Origin: Gemmatimonadota bacterium
GTDB taxonomy: Bacteria > Gemmatimonadota > Gemmatimonadetes > Gemmatimonadales > GWC2-71-9
Length of the DNA: 32,981 nt
Direction of reading: 5' to 3'
Assembly (NCBI GenBank): GCA_036679645.1
Contig: JAZDCY010000045.1
Span: forward strand, 1 to 32,981
The stretch's first letter is position 1; each line of letters starts with the position of its first letter. The position numbers and the translations under genes are program-made. Shown one piece after another: positions 1 to 9,205 of the stretch. The notes under the pieces are model-generated. The model did no database searches and was not told where the DNA came from. It worked only from the letters and a program-made list of their open reading frames with translations.

Positions 1-68
1 AGCCGGCGCTTCAGCGCCGGAACTAGAGGGGCAGTAGCGAATCCATACCCGGTACGAAGCAACCGCGA

Positions 69-470
69 CTAGGCCGGGTCGTCGGCCTCCAGTCCCTCGA
101 TCCGATGAAGTTCCACCTGGCTCTGTCGCACATCTGCCGGCCGATACATGATGACGCGTGCCCGTTCGAGCGTGATCAACCCGCCGCCGATCATCTCGTC
201 GAGGTCGGGCAGGATCGACTCGATCGTCTCTTCGGTCTCTACCACCTCGATGATCAGCGGCAAGTCAATCGAGAGCCGTAGCACCTTTTCGGTGTGCATC
301 GTGCTGCTGGCACCGAACCCCGCTACGCCGCGCAGCACCGTTGCGCCGGCGAGGCCGCGCTCGCGGAACCGGTTCAGCACCGCCTGGTAGAGGGGTTTGC
401 CCTTGTACTTGTCGTTCTCGCCGATGAAGATGCGCATCAGCGTGCGTTCTCCCTTGAAGCGATGTGTCAT
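69..470 (-). CDS. DUF190 (PII-like) protein, usual crcB neighbour
   Basis: MRIFIGENDK..GKPLY...GATVLRGVAGFG...LSIDLPLIIEVVE pattern. ATG at 470 follows AGGAG. Directly downstream of crcB. Confidence 0.9.
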   Translation of the reverse strand: MTHRFKGERTLMRIFIGENDKYKGKPLYQAVLNRFRERGLAGATVLRGVAGFGASSTMHTEKVLRLSIDLPLIIEVVETEETIESILPDLDEMIGGGLITLERARVIMYRPADVRQSQVELHRIEGLEADDPA

Positions 471-478
471 GGCGGCTC

Positions 479-853
479 CTAGAGCAGCCGGCTTGCGAGC
501 GCGGTGCCGGCGATCACCGCGATCACGCACCCGAAGATAGTCCCGCCGAGGTAGAGTCCCGCCTGCCAGTACTCCCCGTCGGCGAGCAAGGTGTAGCTCT
601 CGTAGCTGAACGTGCTCATGGTCGTGAACGCGCCGCAGAATCCGATGGTGACGCCGGCGCGCAGCTCGGGGGAGAGCAGGGTCGTGCCCGTGGCGTAGCG
701 GATCAGGAATCCGAGGAGCAGGGACCCCACGATGTTGACCGTCAGTGTGCCGCTAGGAAACAGGCTGGTACCGGTGCGATCCTGCACGAGGCCTTGCAAT
801 AGGTAGCGAGCAACGGTTCCGACGGTCCCGCCAAGCGCTATGTAGATCAGCAC
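479..853 (-). CDS. crcB: Fluoride efflux channel Fluc/CrcB
   Basis: 124 aa, hydrophobic; GGTVGTVARY, GTLTVNIVGS and GFCGAFTTMSTFSYE signature motifs. Confidence 0.95.
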   Translation of the reverse strand: MLIYIALGGTVGTVARYLLQGLVQDRTGTSLFPSGTLTVNIVGSLLLGFLIRYATGTTLLSPELRAGVTIGFCGAFTTMSTFSYESYTLLADGEYWQAGLYLGGTIFGCVIAVIAGTALASRLL

Positions 854-902
854 TGCGTATCGCCACGTGGGGTAATGCGCACCGCCATGTCGCGCGACGG
901 CC

Positions 903-1982
903 TCACGGGATTTCGATTACGTAGATGAGCATGGTGTTGGGCGAGATGACGAACCGTTGCACATTTGGTTGAGATGGAGCGTAGTAGCCGCGCGTGCCGT
1001 ACGCCAGTGCCACCGGAACGATGACCAGGCGCCGCTCGCCGCGTCGCATATGCGCAAGGGCATCGTCGAAGGCTGGAGTCGCGGCACTGGTCCCGACAAC
1101 GAAGACGAAGGCATGCCCGCCTTCCGCACCCGGTTCGGGCCAGTTTGGTGTACCGCCATCGCTGCTCGCGAATGACAACCCTGAAGGTGTGTGTCCTGCG
1201 TACCGCACGGTCACGCTGTCGCCCGCTGCGATGGGCGTTCCGGAACCATCGTCCAGGATAACATACGACCATCCCGAGTCGGTCGTGACGGCGGTCGGCC
1301 AGTTTTGGCGCACGTATTTCATGTCTGCAGCGTGCTTCCGCGCTTCGTTGGCCCGCACGAGGTCCTCGACCGTGGCCACGAGTTGCCGGAACGACGCGGT
1401 GGTGGGGTGGAACGCCTCGGCGCGTTCGCCCACGCGTACGATACGCACGCTGTCGATCTGGTCGTCTTGCACGATGGTCATCACGACGTCCATTCCCTGC
1501 ACGACCTCGCCGAACACCGTGTAGTCGCCGTCCAGGTACGACCGGTCTCCCAGCGTGATGTAGAACTGGTTGGTAGCGGTATGCGGTCCCGCGTTGGCCA
1601 TGCCCACCATGCCGGCGCGGCCATGTCCCAGCGCCGGGTCGATCTCGTTGGGAATCTGCGTGCCCGATCCATCCGCGCTGTCCGGCGCCGGGACGCCACC
1701 CTGGATGACGTGTCCCGCGACGACGCGGTGAAAGGTGGAGCCGTCGAAGAACGGGGTGCCGAGCGGAAACGCATCGTTCTGAATGGTTCCCTCGGCCAGG
1801 CCCACGAAGTTGGCTACGGTCATGGGTGTCCGTTCCAACTCTAGTTGAATCACGATCGTGCCCTTGGGCGTGTGGATCTTGCCGTAGAGGCCGTCGGGGA
1901 GCGGGGTTTGCGCGTCCACACGTGCTGCGACAGTCGCGAGTGCGAGGACAAGCCAGGGAATATTCCGACGAACTCGAGTCAT
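903..1982 (-). CDS. Secreted peptidyl-prolyl isomerase, cyclophilin + FKBP fusion
   Basis: Signal-peptide-like N-terminus (MTRVRRNIPWLVLALATVAARVDA). Cyclophilin motifs PMTVANFVGLA, FHRVV, GMANAGP, QFYIT, YTVFGEV. FKBP motifs GDSVTVRY, MRRGERRLVIVPVALAYG, ISPNTMLIYVIE. Confidence 0.9.
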   Translation of the reverse strand: MTRVRRNIPWLVLALATVAARVDAQTPLPDGLYGKIHTPKGTIVIQLELERTPMTVANFVGLAEGTIQNDAFPLGTPFFDGSTFHRVVAGHVIQGGVPAPDSADGSGTQIPNEIDPALGHGRAGMVGMANAGPHTATNQFYITLGDRSYLDGDYTVFGEVVQGMDVVMTIVQDDQIDSVRIVRVGERAEAFHPTTASFRQLVATVEDLVRANEARKHAADMKYVRQNWPTAVTTDSGWSYVILDDGSGTPIAAGDSVTVRYAGHTPSGLSFASSDGGTPNWPEPGAEGGHAFVFVVGTSAATPAFDDALAHMRRGERRLVIVPVALAYGTRGYYAPSQPNVQRFVISPNTMLIYVIEIP

Positions 1983-2082
1983 GGATGTGTTGGATAGATG
2001 GCCAGGGTTTGGGCGCGAGCTGAGCTTACTAACGTAGCGAGACCACCAAGTGAACACACGGCGTCCACCCATAGATCCCGAG

Positions 2083-2103
2083 GAGGGCACGGAGGGCCGG
2101 GGA
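2083..2103. repeat. att-like direct repeat, copy 1 (duplicate of tRNA-Ser 3' end)
   Basis: GAGGGCACGGAGGGCCGGGGA is identical to 28367-28387. Confidence 0.85.
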
Positions 2104-2326
2104 CGGCCTCTTAATTCATGTGGGCATGCTTATCGGCTCCAACCTCCAAATGGGTCGCCAGCTGCAGTGCTTCCCACCCGCGCTTGGGCCCGGCGCGGCA
2201 CGGGTTGGCCATCGAGCGACCGAGGCGCTGCGCGAGGAGGAGGAGTAGGAACGCTGTCCGGAAAAGCAGCGCGGGACGGCACAATAGGCCCGTCCCGCGT
2301 CGCATGTTCTCCGCAGCGTGGCGAGC

Positions 2327-2668
2327 TCAGCCCCCCAGGCCGGCTGGTGCATCCGGCTCGCTGCCTGCGGTGCCGCCGCCACGACCAGATGTCGAATGGC
2401 CACCCTTGCCGCCCGCTACGGCGGCCAGCTCGAACTCGGCCAGCTCTTCTTCTTCATACGCCGCCCGCGGCAACACCGCCGTCAGGTGCGCGCCTGCCGG
2501 ATCGACGAAGCGGATCTTGAAGCCCTCGGGCAGCTTCCGCCCGGTTGCTTCCTCGACCGCCGCGCGACCATCCCGCAGCGCCAACGCCCGGAAGTCGGCG
2601 TCGTTCGCCGCCATGCGGAAGATCTTCTCCTGCGCTTCCTGCTGAGCCTGCTCGGTCCATTCGTGCAT
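2327..2668 (-). CDS. NHLP (nitrile hydratase-like leader) RiPP precursor
   Basis: Leader with DADFRALAL, LPEGFKIRFV and ELAEFELAAVAGG double-Gly site. 26-aa core KGGHSTSGRGGGTAGSEPDAPAGLGG. Next to an NHLM exporter. Confidence 0.9.
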   Translation of the reverse strand: MHEWTEQAQQEAQEKIFRMAANDADFRALALRDGRAAVEEATGRKLPEGFKIRFVDPAGAHLTAVLPRAAYEEEELAEFELAAVAGGKGGHSTSGRGGGTAGSEPDAPAGLGG

Positions 2669-2780
2669 GGGTCCCTCGCGCGTGTGGGTGGATGAGTCTT
2701 GGGGGGCAAATCTTGGTGCGTACCCGTCTCCTGAACGTCACCCTGCCAGGTGACGGCTGGGGGACGGTGCTCGCGCGCCT

Positions 2781-4427
2781 TCAGCCGTACAGCGCCCAGC
2801 CCCCCTGCCACGGCACGACCGTTCCCTCCAGCGTCACCCGTTCTTCTCCCGGGTTCCGGTCGGCCAATGGGGACTCCTGGCGGTACACGTCGCCTGAGAG
2901 GCTCAGGAGCTCACCGTCCGCGAACGGCTGGAATGTCCGGGGGACAGCCTTGAGCAGCTGCGATGTCTCCTCGCTGTCGAGACCGACAGTCTCGTCGTAG
3001 GTGAGATCCCACACGGTCCGCCCGGCACGGGCGTCGCGACGCGAAAGACACAACACGAAGGAGACCGGTCGGGCGTCATCGCCGGCACAGGGCTCGAGAT
3101 AGCGGTGCGCGACGTCGGCATGGATCGCCGCGAGCGGAATGTCCGCCCCGCGCGTCGGCGAGAGGATGTGGAAGGCCGGCAACGCCCACCCCTCCCGCGG
3201 CACCACCGCCGCGCCGAGCCTCTCGGCGAGCGCCGCGCACACACGGTCGTAGAGCCAGCCGAAGCGTTGCGACAGCTGAGGATTTGCCAACGCGGCCGAT
3301 CGTTCGTATACCGCGGGATCGTCGAACGCGTCGATCGCGGCCACGGCGCCGAAGGTGTGGAACGCGATGGGCATCGTCCGCGCCGTCCAATGTGGGCGCG
3401 CGGCGTACAACTCGGTGAGGACGGCGGCACACTCCGAAGGTGACAGCAGCGTCGCGCGCGCTACCGGCGACCGGGCGGCCCGGCGGCCGGCGCGCGAGGG
3501 TCGGCCGCGGATCGTCTTTCGCACCTCCCGCTGTTCCGTGATCTCCGCGCCAAAGGGCACGAGGTGACGCTTGATGAATCGCACCATCGCGGGCAGCGTC
3601 GAAGGCGTGCTCCATTCCCCCAGTCCCTGGCGGTTCCCGATGGCCTCGGCGTGACGCCGGATCGCTTCGCCCATCAGCGCCATGCCGCGCCCGAGGCGGG
3701 CCAGGTCCTCGCGCACGAATAGGCAGCGGTAGTACATCGTCGTGGGCGCGGTGCGGTGCGTGATGAGCCATCCGACCACCTCGCCGCGGTAACGCAGCGC
3801 GAGGCTGTTGAGGATCTCCATGTCAGGCTCGAAATGGAACGGATCAAGCGTTTCGGCAAACCACGCCCGGCCCTGGCGTGGCTCGGCGATGCGCGCACGA
3901 TCGACCGCGGTGAGATCGACCCAGTCGACGATCTCGTACTCGGGCGGGAGCTGGAGTTGCTTCCGCATCAGCGGCGCGTCGAGGATCGACCGTCCGGCGC
4001 GGCATTGCAGCATCGTGACTTCGGGTGCGCTCCAACCGGCGGAGCGAAACAGGGCTTCGAGCGCCACGAGCGCGCTGGACGGCGGCAGCGCGTAGCGGCA
4101 CGAGACCGATTCCACGCCCTCGGCGGCAAGCGACGATTCGAGCGCGTCCAGCAGCGCGCGGCCGACGCCGATTCGCCGCCATCCGCGCGCGACCGCGAGG
4201 GTGAGCAGGCGCGCGGTTCCAACGACCGGGGCTCCGGCGAGCGCTCCCGGCTCTGCCCAGCCGTGCACGGCGAGTCCCAGACCGATGGGCCGTCCCATCA
4301 GCGTGGCCCCGACGGCGTGGACCCGGTCGAGGGCGGCGAGGTCGTGTAGCACCGGCCGGACCTCGAACGGGGCCAGTCCCTCGAAGCGACACGCCGCCGA
4401 CGGGTCTACCGGACCGATGGCATACAT
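2781..4427 (-). CDS. Tandem GNAT acyltransferase fused to a C-terminal 2OG-Fe(II) oxygenase-like domain
   Basis: Acyl-CoA motifs LAVARGWRRIGVGRALL and LFVREDLARLGRGMALM. C-terminal PAFHI...IHAD...SFVLCL...GELLSLSG...RVTLEG double-stranded beta-helix pattern. Start at 4427 or 4442. Confidence 0.7.
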   Translation of the reverse strand: MYAIGPVDPSAACRFEGLAPFEVRPVLHDLAALDRVHAVGATLMGRPIGLGLAVHGWAEPGALAGAPVVGTARLLTLAVARGWRRIGVGRALLDALESSLAAEGVESVSCRYALPPSSALVALEALFRSAGWSAPEVTMLQCRAGRSILDAPLMRKQLQLPPEYEIVDWVDLTAVDRARIAEPRQGRAWFAETLDPFHFEPDMEILNSLALRYRGEVVGWLITHRTAPTTMYYRCLFVREDLARLGRGMALMGEAIRRHAEAIGNRQGLGEWSTPSTLPAMVRFIKRHLVPFGAEITEQREVRKTIRGRPSRAGRRAARSPVARATLLSPSECAAVLTELYAARPHWTARTMPIAFHTFGAVAAIDAFDDPAVYERSAALANPQLSQRFGWLYDRVCAALAERLGAAVVPREGWALPAFHILSPTRGADIPLAAIHADVAHRYLEPCAGDDARPVSFVLCLSRRDARAGRTVWDLTYDETVGLDSEETSQLLKAVPRTFQPFADGELLSLSGDVYRQESPLADRNPGEERVTLEGTVVPWQGGWALYG

Positions 4428-4524
4428 GGTCTTACCAACCATCCCCCAATGAAGTACCGTCTCCTGTCCCACCCGCCCCGGCGTGACGGTCCGGATGGGC
4501 TCGTACCGTCCACAGCCAGGTCTC

Positions 4525-5757
4525 ATGATCGAATTGCGCGTGCTGGGCCCGACATCGCTGCGGCGTTCGGACGGGAGCAGCGTCCAGGCGCTCCTCGCGC
4601 AGCCCAAGCGACTCGCGCTGGCCACTTACCTGGCCACGCCGCCGCCCCACGGCGGCCGCTGTTTCTACCAAAAGGATACGCTGCTCGCCATGTTTTGGCC
4701 CGAGCTCGACCAGCCGCACGCCCGGGCCGCCTTGCGCAACGCGCTGTACTTCCTGCGAACCCATCTCGGTGCGGCGGCGGTGGTCACGCGCAGCGGGGAC
4801 GTCGTGGGGCTCGACCCAGCCGAGGTGTGGTGCGACGTAGACGCGTTCGACGTCGCGGTGCGGCTGCGCGACCACGCGACCGCGTACCAATTGTACCGCG
4901 GGGCGCTGCTGGAGGGCGTGTTCGTTCCAGACGCGCAGCCGTTCGAGGAGTGGCTCGACACTCAGCGCCGATGGTGCAGCAACGAGGCGCGGGAAGCCGC
5001 CAGTCAGGCGGCGCGGCGGCATGCAGCGGCCGGGTGGGTGGACGACGCGCTCGAGTGGGCGCGGCGCGCCCGGGAGCTAGCGCCGCTCAACGAGGATGCC
5101 GCCCGGCTGGTCATGGCGTTGCGGTATCTGACCGGCGACCGGGCGGGCGCGCTTGACGAATACAAGCGGCTCGAGACGTCGCTCGATGCCGAGCACGGCG
5201 TCCTCCCCGCGGCCGACACGCAGCGTCTCGCCAGGGCGGTTCGTGATCCGCACGCGCACGCCGAGAGTGTGGCCAAGGCGGTGGCCCAGCTTCCGGTGAC
5301 GGCGAGGATCTCCCCGCAGCGCGGTGCGTCGGCCGCGGGAGCGGCGCGGGTCCAGGGGCGGCCGGTTCTCGAGGCGCTGCTGCAAACCCGTCTCGGTCTC
5401 GCGCGGCGGCGCGGCGAGCGCGTCGGCGTGGTGCTGGTAGCGCTTCCCGATGGTGCCGCCCCTGCCGACGGCTCCGGCTCGCAGCTCACGTTGCTCGGGG
5501 ACTGTGTGCTCGGGGGAATCCGGATGGCCGACCTCGTGGCCGAATGGGACGCGCGCACGCTGGCCGTCGTGCCGTCGTCCGACGCCGCGGTGGATGTCAA
5601 CGCGCTCGTGGGCCGCCTCGCCCGTTATCTCGAGCGCGTCGCCGCTGCCGACTTCGGAGTCGCGCCTGGTCCCGATTGCATTCGCACGCTGTGGCTGAAC
5701 CCAACGTGGGGACGGACCGTCCGGGAGCTGCTCCTGGCCGGTCAGAGCCACCCCTAA
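4525..5757 (+). CDS. SARP/BTAD transcriptional regulator with degenerate GGDEF-like C-terminus
   Basis: MIELRVLG, QPKRLALATYLA, LLAMFWPE, ALRNALYFLR, VWCDVDAF, LYRGALLEG, FEEWLD, PLNEDAARLVM. Divergent from the GNAT/precursor genes. Confidence 0.85.
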   Translation: MIELRVLGPTSLRRSDGSSVQALLAQPKRLALATYLATPPPHGGRCFYQKDTLLAMFWPELDQPHARAALRNALYFLRTHLGAAAVVTRSGDVVGLDPAEVWCDVDAFDVAVRLRDHATAYQLYRGALLEGVFVPDAQPFEEWLDTQRRWCSNEAREAASQAARRHAAAGWVDDALEWARRARELAPLNEDAARLVMALRYLTGDRAGALDEYKRLETSLDAEHGVLPAADTQRLARAVRDPHAHAESVAKAVAQLPVTARISPQRGASAAGAARVQGRPVLEALLQTRLGLARRRGERVGVVLVALPDGAAPADGSGSQLTLLGDCVLGGIRMADLVAEWDARTLAVVPSSDAAVDVNALVGRLARYLERVAAADFGVAPGPDCIRTLWLNPTWGRTVRELLLAGQSHP

Positions 5758-5784
5758 CCCCGCCTTCTCCGGAGGCGCCGCCCC

Positions 5785-7038
5785 ATGCCATCGATTCAGC
5801 AGAAGATCTTCCGGACCGCCGCGCTCGCCCGTCACGCCAGTCCCGAGGGGCTCGACGCTCTGCTCGACATCACGACGGTGCCGGGATGGATCGGCCTGAT
5901 CGGCCTGGCGGCCGTGGTCGTCGGCGCGCTGGTCTGGGGGGTGCTGGGCCGGATTCCGGAGGTCATCGAAGGGCAGGGGATCATGGTGAGCGCTAGCGGC
6001 GTGTTCCGGGTGCAATCGCCAGCGGCGGGGCAGATCGACTCATTGCTGACCGACGTCGGCTCGACGGTGCACCGCGGCCAGACGATCGCCGTGCTGGCGC
6101 AACCCGAGCTGCGCAGGTCGATCGCGCAAATTGAAGAGTCGCTGGAGGAGCTGCGCGCCAATCGCGCCGCCACCGCGGCGTTGCTGGCGGCGAACCGGCA
6201 GATGGAGATGTCTTCGATCAGGCAGCAGCAACAACAGGCTGACGAGGCGATCAGTGCCGCGGACCAGCGGCTCGCCTACCTCGACGCGCGCATCGCGAAT
6301 GAGCGCCAGGCCGTCGAGAAAGGGCTGCTCACACCCGACGCGTTGCAAAGCACGGTGGCGCAGCGCGCCGAGACGCAGCTCCAGAGGCTCACCATGATCG
6401 CGCGCAAGCAGGAGCTCGGTGCGAACGCGGTGCAGGGCCAGGTCTCGTCGCGGCAGCGTCTCTTCGAGCTCGACCAGCAGATTCTGCAGACCGAGCATCA
6501 GCTGGCGCGCGACAGCGCCCGCCTCGCGGAGTTTTCCAACGTCACGAGCCCCTACGATGGTCTCGTGGTCGAGCGCCTGGCCGATGTGGGTCAGGCGGTC
6601 ACCGCGCGCACGCCGCTGATCACGGTCGTCCCGAGCGGTGGGACGCAGGTCTTGATGTTCATTCCGCTGGAGGGCAAGCGCATCCACGAGGGGATGCGCG
6701 CGCAGATGGTGCCCGGGGGCGTCCGGCCGGAGGAAACCGGCTACTTTCTCGGCGAGGTGCGCTCCGTTTCGGCCACTCCGCTCAGCGGCAGCGGTCTCGA
6801 CCGCTATCTGAAGAACGAGGTGCTCGTCCAACAGTTCACGAGCCAGGGCGGCGCGTACCTCGTCGAGGTCGACTTGGAGTACGACACGACGACCGTGAGC
6901 GGATTCAAGTGGACGTCGCGCGCCGGCGCCGCGCTCAGCTTCGGCAGCGGGACGCTGGTCACCGGAAGGATCATCGTCGAACAGACCCGGCCGGTAGCCC
7001 TCATCATGCCCGCCATTCGCCGCTGGCTACGTGGCTGA
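5785..7038 (+). CDS. NHLM bacteriocin system secretion protein (HlyD-type, TIGR03794-like)
   Basis: IFRTAALARHASPEGLDALL N-terminus, one TM helix, coiled coil, SGFKWTS motif. Confidence 0.9.
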   Translation: MPSIQQKIFRTAALARHASPEGLDALLDITTVPGWIGLIGLAAVVVGALVWGVLGRIPEVIEGQGIMVSASGVFRVQSPAAGQIDSLLTDVGSTVHRGQTIAVLAQPELRRSIAQIEESLEELRANRAATAALLAANRQMEMSSIRQQQQQADEAISAADQRLAYLDARIANERQAVEKGLLTPDALQSTVAQRAETQLQRLTMIARKQELGANAVQGQVSSRQRLFELDQQILQTEHQLARDSARLAEFSNVTSPYDGLVVERLADVGQAVTARTPLITVVPSGGTQVLMFIPLEGKRIHEGMRAQMVPGGVRPEETGYFLGEVRSVSATPLSGSGLDRYLKNEVLVQQFTSQGGAYLVEVDLEYDTTTVSGFKWTSRAGAALSFGSGTLVTGRIIVEQTRPVALIMPAIRRWLRG

Positions 7039-9205
7039 CAGCTCCCGGTCCAACGGTCCGCCGCCACGGCGGCTCCGGCTGCGCACGCCGACGGTGCTTC
7101 AGATGGAAGCCGTCGAGTGCGCCGCGGCGTCGCTCGCCATGGTGCTCGCCCACCACGGCCGCTTCGTGCCGCTAGAGGAGCTCCGCGTGGCATGCGGCGT
7201 GTCGCGCGACGGATCCAACGCGGTCCACCTCACGCGTGCGGCCCGGCAGTACGGGCTCGAGGCCCGCGCGTTCAAGCGCGAGCCGGAGGCGCTGCGCCGC
7301 TCCCTCCTGCCGGCCATCATCTTCTGGGAGTTCAACCATTTTCTCGTCGTCGACGGCTACGACGAAGGCGGATTCTACCTCAACGACCCCGCGGTAGGAC
7401 GCCGCCGCGTGACGAACGCCGAGATGGACGAGTCGTTCACCGGCGTCGTCATCGAACTCAACCCCGGACCCGGGTTCACGCGGGGCGGCGCGCGGCCACT
7501 CCTTCTGCCTAGCCTCGTCGCACGGCTCCGCGGGTCCGGGCCGGCCGTGGTGTTCGCGCTGATCGCCGGGCTGTCGCTCGTGGTGCCCGGGCTCATCGTG
7601 CCGATGTTCGCCAAGCTGTTCATCGATCAGGTGCTGGTACAGCACATGTCGAACTGGCTCAGGCCTCTCCTCGTGGGGATGGCCCTGACCGCGGTGGTGC
7701 GCGCGGGACTTGTTTGGCTTCAGCAGTACTACCTGCTGCGCCTCGAGACCAAGCTGGCGGTCACGACGGCGAGCCGCTTCCTGTGGCACGTGCTGCGGTT
7801 GCCGCTCGAGTTCTACTCCCAGCGCTACGCTGGCGAGATCGGCTGGCGGGCCGGGCTGAACGACGAGGTCGCGCAGTTCGTGTCGCGGCGCCTCGCCTCC
7901 ACGGCCATCGACGCGCTGATGATCGTGTTCTTCGGGCTGCTGATGCTGTCGTATGATGTCGTGTTGACCCTAGTGGCGCTGGCGGCCGTCGCCGTCCTCG
8001 CAGCCACTACGCTGCTCGTCAATCGGCGGCGCGTCGAAGGGAGCATGCGCGTGCTGCAGGAAGAGGGCAAAGTCATCGGAACCCTGATGGCCGGCCTCGC
8101 GGCGATCGAGACCCTGAAGGCGTCGGCGATGGAGTCGGACTTCTTCGCGCGGTGGGCCGGACACCAGACCAAGTATCTGGCGGCTGAGCAGTCCCTGGCG
8201 CGCACCACAGCGCTGTTTCTGGCCGTCCCGCCTTTCACATTGGCCGTCACCCACGCGCTGGTGCTGCTGATCGGCGCCCAACGCGTCATGGACGGCGCAT
8301 TCACGCTCGGCACGCTGGTGGCGTACCAGACGTTGGTGGCGAGCTTCATCGGACCGGTCCATCGGTTCGTCAATCTGGCCGAGGCGCTGCAACAGATGCG
8401 CGCGAAGATGGCGCGCATCGACGACGCCATGCGGTACCCGGTCGACGGGCAGGATGACGACCCTGATGCACCGGTCGAGCGGCTCAACGGGCACCTCGAG
8501 ATGCGGAAGCTTTGCTTTGGCTACGCGAAGAACGCCGACCCCTTGCTCCGCGACTTCGACCTGGTGTTGCGTCCCGGCGCACGCGTGGCCCTCGCCGGAC
8601 CTTCCGGATGCGGCAAGTCGACCGTGGCGCGGTTGCTCACCTCCCTCTACCAGCCGTGGAGCGGCGACATCCTGCTGGCGGGAAAGCCGCTGCGGGAGTG
8701 GCCGCGGGCCACCCGCGCGGCCACGGTGGCCATGGTCGATCAGGACATCTCGTTGTTCGCGGGCACCATTCGCGACAATCTGACCCTGTGGGACTCCTCG
8801 GTGCCGAGCGACGCGATCATCACCGCGTGCAAGGATGCGTGCATTCACGACGACGTGATGGCGCGCCCGGGCGGCCTGGACGCGCGCGTGGAGGAGGGCG
8901 GCGGCAACTTCAGCGGCGGCCAGCGGCAGCGGCTCGAGATCGCGCGGGCGCTCGTCTCCAACCCGTCGGTGCTCGTGCTGGACGAGGCGACCAGCGCGCT
9001 CGACGCGGTCACCGAACACCAGATCGACCGTAACCTGCGGCGGCGCGGGTGCACGTGCGTGATCGTGGCGCACCGGCTGTCGACCATACGCGACGCGGAC
9101 GAGATACTGGTGATGGATCGCGGCGCGGTCGTGCAGCGTGGCATGCACGAGGAACTGATGCGCGACGAGCAAGGGCTGTACTACACACTCGCCGCAGAGC
9201 TGTGA
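7031..9205 (+). CDS. NHLM ABC transporter with C39 peptidase domain (TIGR03796-like)
   Basis: PTVLQMEAVECAAASL (catalytic Cys), WEFNHFLVV, LNDPA. Walker A GPSGCGKST, FSGGQRQR, LDEATSALD. Confidence 0.95.
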   Translation: MADSSRSNGPPPRRLRLRTPTVLQMEAVECAAASLAMVLAHHGRFVPLEELRVACGVSRDGSNAVHLTRAARQYGLEARAFKREPEALRRSLLPAIIFWEFNHFLVVDGYDEGGFYLNDPAVGRRRVTNAEMDESFTGVVIELNPGPGFTRGGARPLLLPSLVARLRGSGPAVVFALIAGLSLVVPGLIVPMFAKLFIDQVLVQHMSNWLRPLLVGMALTAVVRAGLVWLQQYYLLRLETKLAVTTASRFLWHVLRLPLEFYSQRYAGEIGWRAGLNDEVAQFVSRRLASTAIDALMIVFFGLLMLSYDVVLTLVALAAVAVLAATTLLVNRRRVEGSMRVLQEEGKVIGTLMAGLAAIETLKASAMESDFFARWAGHQTKYLAAEQSLARTTALFLAVPPFTLAVTHALVLLIGAQRVMDGAFTLGTLVAYQTLVASFIGPVHRFVNLAEALQQMRAKMARIDDAMRYPVDGQDDDPDAPVERLNGHLEMRKLCFGYAKNADPLLRDFDLVLRPGARVALAGPSGCGKSTVARLLTSLYQPWSGDILLAGKPLREWPRATRAATVAMVDQDISLFAGTIRDNLTLWDSSVPSDAIITACKDACIHDDVMARPGGLDARVEEGGGNFSGGQRQRLEIARALVSNPSVLVLDEATSALDAVTEHQIDRNLRRRGCTCVIVAHRLSTIRDADEILVMDRGAVVQRGMHEELMRDEQGLYYTLAAEL

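Noticed and set aside
3..20. Inverted repeat CCGGCGCT-TC-AGCGCCGG downstream of DUF190
   Set aside because: It lies at the window edge without context or a visible U-tract, so terminator, REP element and chance cannot be distinguished.
854..902. Fluoride riboswitch upstream of crcB
   Set aside because: No recognisable crcB-motif consensus in this short gap or upstream of the PPIase (1983-2082). An Infernal search with the Rfam fluoride model would settle it.
2111..2305. 64-aa ORF downstream of the NHLP precursor as a second peptide
   Set aside because: No leader similarity, no clear SD and no recognisable motif. It cannot be supported, though it is not excluded.
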